Source: Eledone cirrhosa (lineage: Eukaryota). Taken from it: a stretch of DNA of 64,000 bases. Below, one piece after another: positions 54,976-64,000 of the stretch. The notes under the pieces were generated by a model. It was not told the origin of the DNA. It made no database searches and worked only from the letters and a program-made list of their open reading frames with translations. The stretch is from NCBI GenBank assembly GCA_964016885.1, contig CAXHJY010000993.1, positions 1-64,000 on the forward strand. The letters are read 5' to 3'. Numbering within the stretch: position 1 is the first letter of the stretch; each line of letters starts with the position of its first letter. The position numbers and the translations under genes were made by a program.

Positions 54976-57035
54976 TTCGGTGAATCCATACGTACATATA
55001 TATATATGTGTGTGCATGTATGTATATATATATATATATACATACTACTGTACATCTGTATACATATATGTATGTACGTATACATACTTATATATATGTA
55101 TATATATATATATATAGTATAGACAAAATTAGATTGTAACAGAAGAAAAAAAAATGAATCTGTATGTGCTTGTGTGTATGTTTTGTTCGTTTGCTTGTGT
55201 GTGGTGTGACGTGTGTGTCTTTTATCGGCAAACTGTCGAAATCATAATCGGATTATGCTTTTGATATTTCGCCAGATGAAACCCCAGTAAATCGTTTATC
55301 TTGAACTGACACTCCAGCTTTGCTCCAACTATATGAATTACTTATTTTGCTTTGCTTCCAATATTGAATTCTTTATAACCGTGTGAGTTTATTATGTACA
55401 TATGTACTCTCTCTCTCTCTCTCTCTCTGTTTTTTATTCATACACGTAACATGTATTACGCTACCTTAAGCTTGAAGGTATATGCGCGGAAAGCATTTAC
55501 AGACTACGTGACGGCCCCAAATCCATAAACCAGACCCTACTTTTACAGCTCTGTTGCAGAGGCAGTCTTTATTCTGCTAGAGCACCCTGGATCTTTTTGA
55601 GGTTAGTTTCTAACAGTTATTATCGATTTAATAGAGGGGCCGTATGAATTGTTTATCTTCACGGAGTGCCTACTGAATATTTTGCTACACTTACGTTCAA
55701 AGGAGAAATGCTTATCAAAGTACTTTTACCTACATTAGTCTTTATACTTAAGGAGTAGGAGGAATGAACAGATTATTTTTCCTTTCCTATTTTTAGGCCT
55801 GCTATGTGTTTTAAGCCGCCGTCTAGAAGGGATTCGTAGTACAATCAGTGGAGGGTATGTTAGAAATCTTACGACTAATGCCATGGACTAGATTTTATAA
55901 ACTACGGAGGGACCACAGGAACGCCCCTTAATTTATTAGGTTTTTCATTGGGTTTATGATATGGTTTATAGGAATCTAAGTTTACGTCAAGGAAATTGGC
56001 GTTAGAGAGGTTTGTATCAACAGTAATTTTAAGTCCTAGTGTGCGAACGGTCTCTATAAAATCCTTATGAAACTTACCCAGAGAATGGCCATCGCAATTG
56101 TGTGATAAACCAAAGCCACAGTCTCGGTATAGACCAATAGTATGGTTGAGGAATTTACTTTTAAGTGTATGAAGGATATAAAGCCAGCCAAGTCGATGCC
56201 ATACGACCCCATTGAGACATCAAAGAAATCCTCTAGATCAGATCGTTTACCCATATGTACCCGTTGTAAAATAGGATGATCTTTCAGGCATACATAATGA
56301 CTTCGAATTCCTTGTCGCAAATGTAACTAAAACTACGGGCAACCTCTAAAGACTTAGTTGATAGTGGCCAAGAAATAGAGGGGTAAAATTCTACAATACT
56401 AAAGTGTGTGGATGTAGCCTTATTTTTTGAAGGGTTATCTCTGAACCAGGATATGATAGATGAAATGATTTCCTCTGTAAAGGGATAGTATAGTACTTGA
56501 TACATACAATAATTCTCTTAAAATCCTTTTACTGGCTTGTATTAATTCTGTTCTAGCTGGGTGTAGCAATCTACAGCTGGACCTGTTGGTAAAATCGGGT
56601 TGTGGTCTTTCGGCGTGATAAAGACATCACGTTTAGCTAAGTATTCAACTCAAGCGTCAATCTTAAATTTTCTAGTCATTTCCTTGGCCTCATCGTAATA
56701 ATTATTTTAGGTGTATGCTCTAGCTTTCTGGTATTTATTTGTTATATTGGTTATGATAATCTGATATTAGCTATCATTATCTATTTCAAATACGATTTTA
56801 GTCTTATCGGTGAGAACAAAAACATTCCTCTACGATTTAGATGCTTTAATATCACTTAAGAGATCATTTTCCAAAGAGAATTTATATTCACGGAATTTAA
56901 ACTTGGAGCATTATAATAAATGTTCGGTGAATCCATACGTACATATATATATGTGTGCATGTATGTATATATATATATATACATACTACTGTACGTCTGT
57001 ATACATATATGTATGTACGTATATATACTTATATT
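54976..57035 (-). mobile_element. Decayed third PLE (RT remnant ~55500-56920) bounded by a ~115-bp direct repeat
   Basis: Minus strand: VFITPKDH, FSIVEFYPSIS, FFDVSMGSYG, LYRDCG; direct repeat 54976-55095 = 56923-57035. Confidence 0.7.
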
Positions 57036-57096
57036 TAAGTAACAGCCGTACTAAGAGTGAGAAATGAAATTTCGTTTCATTTTTTTCCGTTTATAT

Positions 57097-57163
<67 letters not shown>

Positions 57164-57166
<3 letters not shown>

Positions 57167-57875
57167 GGTGTCCATAAAGTCTCTTTACAATTTAAAAAGA
57201 TTATTACAAAAGCAAATGAACAGACAGATATGTGGAAATTACTACAAAATTAGGAGTAGATATTGAAGTTTTTTAAAATTCATTTAATACACCTATAGAG
57301 ATGTATGGGCACCATTACTTGTACGAAACACACCAAGACGGTACTCGATTTCTTGCCATGTTTGCTGTAGCATAGCCTCATCAGTCGTGGCAATGGCATC
57401 AGTGATCTTTTGCTTTTGATAACTGATGTCCTGTATCTTTGTTCGATACACGATATCTTTAACATAACCCCATAGAAAGAAGTCCAGGGGAGTGATATCT
57501 GGTGAACGAGGTGGCCAGGGAATTGGGCCATCCCTTCCAATTCACCAGTCTGGAAATGTTTGATTTAGGAACCCACGAACATGCAGTCCCCAATGTAATG
57601 GTGCACCATCTTGCTGGAACATGATGGTTGGTTGAAGGTCATCTAGTTGTGGTGTCACATATGCAGTCAAAAGGTCAAGGTAAACATTTGCAGTAATTGA
57701 TGTCTCTTGAGGAGTAGCCATTTTTAGGGGTTCATTTAACAGTGCCTCTTTCATCAACAGGATACCTGAAATATACAAATACAATGTGATTAAACACTTT
57801 GATAAGTACTGAGTACATAGAACAAATTTGATTAAGATATCTCATCAATTTCCTTTGTAATATATTTTTTAAAGA
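57164..57875 (-). mobile_element. Internally deleted Tc1/mariner (rosa-like) transposon
   Basis: TA-cagggtgtccataaagtc terminus; FQQDGAPLH, WPPRSPDITPLDFFLWGYVKD; degenerate second TIR ~57835-57875. Confidence 0.8.
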
Positions 57876-57972
57876 CTGAGATGGCAAAATGAATGGACCT
57901 GTTATTTTTATCTAAAAACATTTTTTCCAATTCCACCCCGCCCGTCCCTTCAATCTATGTAATTTCTCATTC

Positions 57973-58010
57973 TTTCTTCTGGTGAAGGACTCGCGTCCGA
58001 AACGTTAAGA
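57973..58010 (+). ncRNA. Minimal hammerhead-like motif with a CTGGTGA core variant
   Basis: tctt CTGGTGA aggactcgcgtcc GAAAC GTT aaga; homolog of 59371-59410. Confidence 0.6.
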
Positions 58011-58651
58011 CCCTCTTCCTGCTTTTTCAAGCGTTAACCTAATATATTCCTTCCATAAACCGGTTGTGTTGTTATTTCTGTTTACCTTTTACATACATAT
58101 AAATATATACAAATATATATGTATATATATATTTGTGTGTGTGTGTGTGTGTGTGTGTGAAAACATATAAACATATATAGTATATGTATATGCAATAAAC
58201 ATATGGGTAGCTTCGCTGCCGAAGAAAAATATTTTTCGAAACGAAACGAAAAAAATTTAATTTTTTTTTTTCCTCCATAAAATAGAGAATGTCAGATAGC
58301 GCTGTTTCAAGATTTGTTACTATTTCATCAGTGACACTTACTGAAAAGATACTGGCATGTCTATATTGAATTTTGCGTGATGATCACTTGCTGGTGATGC
58401 TCATTTGCATATAACAAATAGAAAACATCGGCTAGAGTTGGTCATGTGCCTATAGTGCGTATACTTAATTGGCACAAAGACAGCGTTTAAGCATAACTGA
58501 GGTGAATTTGCAAGCATATATAAACATATATAATAGTCATTATATATGTTTCAAAGTCTACTCTAGCATAGGTCTTAGAGAACGTGTATTCTCTAGTATT
58601 GCTTATCTCTTAGGCAATAACAAGATGGTTGACGTTATTAAGGTAATAAAC

Positions 58652-58840
58652 CGCGGTGAATTGGCAGTATCGGTAGAGGGTTGGACGCCATGCTTTCTAG
58701 CATAGTTACGTCCCTTTACAGTCTGAGTTCAAATCCCGCCGAGGTTGACTTTGCCTTTCATCCTTACGGGGTCGATAAAATAAAGTACCAGTAATGTACT
58801 GGGTAGTTGCTGGCCTTGTGCCTAAAGTAGAAACAGTTAT
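58652..58840 (+). mobile_element. Full-length tRNA-derived SINE
   Basis: Near-identical to 19810-19998; ttattaaggtaata on both flanks is a likely TSD. Confidence 0.85.
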
Positions 58841-59370
58841 TAAGGTAATATGCAGATGTGTTGAGAATTTATTTATAATAGTATACTTTAGCTCTGTACT
58901 TAATATAGAGTAGAGTACTCTTTTTCCTTTAACTATTCTACAGAAACTCTTGACACACACACATATGTATACTATACATATGTGTGTGTTGTATACGCAG
59001 AATTTCATATACATATTTGTACATCTCTCTACGCTGGTCAGCTCACACGCCCACGCTCACTAACACCTCCACACTCCTACAACAGCCTGTCTCTCACACT
59101 CCAATGCCCATCCTTCAAACCTCTTCACAAACAAACGAATACACCTACACTCACATACACACTTAGTCCATACGCATACACACGCGCTCACGTAGGCATA
59201 TACATGTCCACTGCAAATATACAATGATTACCACCCTTCCTAAACTTCTTTAACGCCTAAGATGACCACTGACCAGCATTTCTCCAAAATAACTGACTGA
59301 ATACGTATTTTTTTCCGTTCCTTCCTTTTCTCACTCTTTATCGTTATCTTTCATCTAATAATTCTCATTC

Positions 59371-59410
59371 TATTTGCTGATGAAGGACTAGTGTTCGAAA
59401 CGTTAAGATT
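59371..59410 (+). ncRNA. Minimal hammerhead motif
   Basis: CTGATGA(59377-83) aggactagtgttc GAAAC GTT aaga; palindromic AACGTT stem III; stem I imperfect. Confidence 0.6.
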
Positions 59411-59576
59411 TTTTTTCTATTATTTCAAGCGTTAAACTAATATATTTCTTCATTGTATCGTGATATTTGATTTGTTATTTCTATTTACCTTTTACATACA
59501 CACACACACATGCCGTCATATATATATATATACATAACAATACATAAATCTAAACACACACATATATACGTGTGTA

Positions 59577-59684
<108 letters not shown>

Positions 59685-60273
59685 CTTGTCTCGGTCTTGT
59701 ATTTTGATAGCTGGTTTTTGTGGTGCGCAATTTCGCACTTCTTCCTCGAGTCTTCTATATTTTCTTGTCTCTATGTTCTCTACGAATAATTACAAGTTCT
59801 CGTCTACAAAAAAATCTAACTCTGTTTGATGTATTTCAAATCGTCTGCTTCTATTCATACACTTTTGTTTCCTAGCAACAACAGGATATATAGTAAATTT
59901 GTTCCCTCACGTCTACAGATCTGGGTGATTTGTTTTACCCTTCAAAAGACGAAATATTTTCTTTCTCAGAATTTTTTATCGATTTGAAGTATTTTGGAGA
60001 AAAACATCAATTTTTTAACTTTGTATATTCTTTTTCTTTAAAACAATTTCCGTAATTACTTTATTCATTTTTGATTAGTTTTCCAGTAAAAACTTACGTT
60101 GTCGTTTTTGTTTTATATTATCTTGATAATATAAAATTTGATTTTATATTATCAAGATAATATTATACAGAAATATAATATTATACAGAAAGATAATATA
60201 TTATTTGATTTCTGTTGCTTTCTGTAGCATATTTTTCTCGTTTTTTTTAACTGGTTCCTTTCTTCTCCTTGTT

Positions 60274-62692
60274 TCATCTTGGTTAAGAGAGTGGAACTGG
60301 CTTTGTGCAGTGCCTTTGCTCACTATAAAAGCTTCACGGCACAGGCATTGCTTTATATCTGGAGATCTCTCTGCACTTGTCGTCACATGGTACCATGGGC
60401 CCAGCACTATGTGTCAATAATTGTCACAAGTGTAGTGTTTGTACCAGAGTTTTCAAGTCGTTGGCTGGACTAAAAAGTCACACTCGTTCAGCGCATCGGT
60501 AGGGGTTCTCCTACATGGATATAAAGTAGTGGCCGTACTCGAAAACGAGTTGGCAGCCACCATGTATGTATGTATGTATGTATGTATGTATGTATGTATG
60601 TATGTATGTATGTATGTATGTATGTATGTATGTATGTATGTATGTATGTTGTCTGAGCGCGAGGTTAGTCCACCGAGAATCGAAGACACGTAGTTTTTGT
60701 TAGGACATCATTCTGGTAGAAGGAAAACTCTGATGTGAACCTGCGACTCTATTTCAGCCAATGATATTGACCTGTTCTTCCATTTGGATACCTGTTACTG
60801 TTGTTCAGAGAGTGGGATTAGTCCAGTGCAATGCCTGCACTTAAAAAGCTTCAAGAACTGGCATCACAATTCTCATACCTGATTTGCAGCCATTGTAAGA
60901 ACGTACGTACGTACGTATGTACGTATGTACGTATGTATGTATGTATGTATGTATGTATGTATGTATGTATGTATGTATGTATGTATGTATGTATGTATGT
61001 ATGTATGTATGTATGTATGTATGTATGTATGTATGTATGTTTGTATGTATGTATCTATGTATGTATATATACATACAGTCATTCATACACACACACACAC
61101 ACACATATATATATACGTTTAAATTTGGTGGTTCACCATTGGGTGGAATTAGTCATTCTGCGATGTTAATCATGATGTAAAAGTAGAAAAGCACTCGATG
61201 TTACGCAACTCATCCATCTTTGATGCTGAATCCTGTTGGTGGTTCGGGAACAGAGTTAAATATATTATATGTCCGGCTTCCTGTCATTTTACTCTGGTAA
61301 GTGTAACCCAGTACAACCTGTGCATGGTCAGGTCGTCGGCGACAAAACCAGCAACCCCAGCAAGCTTGCTTGGTGAGGAGGGTGATTTTGGACACCCATC
61401 GGGATGAAAAACAAAACCCGTCAAAGGGCGGAGGAACTCAGGAGAGTCAACGGCCATCCAATAAAGTATTTTTTTAAAGAGGGCTGTAGAATGAGAGACC
61501 CCTAGTCTTCATTAAGACATCTCTCTAGGAGAAGGGCACTCTCATACTGCCACTTCATTTGCATCTAAGAAAATAAATGATAATTTCATATCCCTGACTT
61601 TCTTATAATTTTGAATATATACATACATGATGATGATGATGGCTGCCCCCTCGTTATCGAGTATGGCCATTGCACGATATACCATTATTAATAATAATTA
61701 ATTAATTCTATCGTGCAATTCCTGTGCGTGAAGATATTTTTTAAAGTGACGAAAGACTGTGTACTGAGCCAATCCCACTCTCTGTCGCATGGTCGGGTCG
61801 TCGGCGACTAAACTGGCAACCCCACCAAGTTTACTTGGTGAGGAGGGTGATTTTGGACACCCTGCAGGACAAAAAACAAAACCTGACAAAGGGCGGAAGA
61901 ACTCATAAGGGTCAACGGCCATCCAAAAGTGCGTAAATATGTATATACACATGTACATGTGTGTACATATGTGTATATGCATGGGTGCATGTGTATGTAT
62001 ATGCGCGGGGACATAGAAATAGTCGGGCTGGACACCCGATCGCGCGGTTAAACCACTGGGAGTGAAGGACCCCTAACCGTTCTCAGGGCATTCTTCTAGG
62101 AGAAGGCAACTCAGGAAACTGGGATTACTCCGATATAAAACCTGCGGCTCAGTAGTTACCGATGATGTTGATCTTTTCTTCTTTTCGGGTTATAGCTACA
62201 TACATACATACATGGTGGCTGCCAACTCGTTTTCGAGTACGGCCACTACTTTATATCTATGTCGGAGAACTCCTACCGATGCGCTGAACGAGTGTGACTT
62301 TTTAGTCCAGCCAGCGACTTGAAAACTCTGGTACAAACACTACACTTGTGACAATTACTGACACATAGTGCCATGTGACGACAAGTGCAGAGATCTCTCC
62401 AGATATAAAGCAATGCATGTGCTGTGAAGCTTTTATAGTGAGCAAAGGCACTGCACAAAGCCAGTCCCACTCTCTTAACCAAGATGATATTTACCAAAAA
62501 GAAGAATAAGTCAACATCATTGGATACCATCAGGGTTGCAGGTGTTATATCAAAGTTTTCCTTCTAGAATTCTGCCTTGACAAAGGCTAAGGGGTCATCT
62601 CTCCCGGTGATTTTGGATGGCCATTGACTCTTAAGAGCTCCTTTGCCCTTTGACAGGTTTTGTTTTTAGTCCTGCAGGATGTCCAAAGTTAC
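60274..62692. mobile_element. Second cluster of RTE-derived elements: partial copies of the 610-bp unit (60274-60562 plus, 62212-62692 minus) and diverged RTE 5'UTR and 3'-end pieces
   Basis: Direct similarity to the 17283-21612 units; (gtat)n tails; RTE 3' end gagggggcagcc(atc)n on the minus strand at ~61628-61680. Confidence 0.75.
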
Positions 62693-63651
62693 CACATACA
62701 TAGATACATACATACATACATACATACATACATACAAACAAAATATATGAAATATATGTGCATATATGTACAAATTTATATAAATATATACCTAATGCAT
62801 ATATATCTATATAGCTTTAAACCTATATTTATATATGTATCCCCGCCCCCCCCCCCCCATCCTCTATCTCTCTCTCTCTATATATATACATATTTGTGTG
62901 TGCTTGTGTGAATGTGTGTGCGTAAGTGTGTGTATGTGTGTGAATGTGTGTGAATGTGTAAGTGTGTGTGTATGTGTTTGTGCGTGTACATATACACGCA
63001 CACATACAAACACTATGTCACTCTAAATTTGGATGTTTTGAAGAAAAATAATTAAAGAAAATTGGAAACGAAGTAAGAAAAAGTAGACAATATGTATCTG
63101 TAGAATGTCGAAGAGTTTTACAAATGTGTTAAAATCTAAGAAACTAAAATGGAATTATATTTGAGAAAATGATAATATAATAACCAAGAAATATTTCAAA
63201 TGAAGGAAACAATCTACTTTACAATTACTGTGGTGACAACAGAAATATTTTCATGCAAAAACTAGAAGAGACAGGCACGCCTTACACATACACACTGACA
63301 TACATGTTGACGTATGCCCCCCCCCCCACATATATATATATATATATATATAATATAAAACGAAAAGTCAGTGATGCATCTGAACTCAATTTATTGTGTG
63401 TTACAATTGTTTCGCCGGCGGACAGCTCGAGACGCGATCATTGTGTGGATCTGTCTGATTCTGGACCCGGAGGTTCGACGGACACGTCTAATGATTTCGG
63501 AGCAAATTCTTTCACTGGGGTGTTAGCGTCAAAAACATCCTCTTCGCGCGTCCTATTATTGGCTGCTGTTTTTGAACGTCATCATAATTCTGACCAAAAA
63601 GGTATGATTCATCTGACCATCAGCTATCCCGTTTCTGCCACACTTCGATGA

Positions 63652-63792
63652 ATATATATTTAATATAGAAATGGCTTCTACAGGACTAGAATTGTTTCAT
63701 TCGAAGGAAATCATCAGGAAAGCTTTTCTGATGATTTCCTTCGAATGAAACAGTTCTAGTCCTGTAGAAGCCATTTCTATATTAAATATATA
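63652..63792. mobile_element. Near-perfect ~140-bp palindrome with an HHR on each strand (63674-63724 minus, 63722-63772 plus)
   Basis: tttt CTGATGA(63728-34) tttc cttc gaat GAAACAG ttctagtc CTGTA/gaag. Confidence 0.75.
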
Positions 63793-63842
63793 TACTCTGC
63801 TATGTATTGAGTACCTTACTGTGGTTACCCTCGATTTAATCC

Positions 63843-63930
<88 letters not shown>

Positions 63931-64000
63931 CAGGGTGTAAATGCATATACACTTCAACACCATTCTAATAAATATTGTCTGCACAGGTAATCAAAGTATG

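Overview
AT-rich, microsatellite-dense eukaryotic DNA made almost entirely of repeats. The SINEs and LINE families look cephalopod (octopod-like), which is an inference from memory. I can support no host gene. The main signal is a landscape of Penelope-like elements (PLEs). Two near full-length RT + GIY-YIG elements (21700-26702 decayed; 31398-36675 nearly intact) have a CxCx5C linker typical of the Naiad clade and long tail-to-tail inverted arms. About a dozen short palindromic or truncated PLE ends sit in (TA)n tracts. By eye these carry about 18 canonical type I hammerhead ribozyme (HHR) cores from several families, many with a palindromic stem III. There are also variant cores (a repeated CAGAAGA and a shared CUAAUGA), and a conserved GTHGAGYGCT motif sits ~55-60 nt from the 3' termini. 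Other content: a 4-copy array of a ~610-bp RTE-derived non-autonomous element with a possible HDV-like 5' fold, tRNA-derived SINEs, a young CR1 nested in an RTE-like LINE, fragments of CRE, Tx1/L1, R4/Dong, Gypsy and Tc1/mariner, MITEs, a tandem-repeat element, and an old segmental duplication. All folds and family calls were made by eye without tools.
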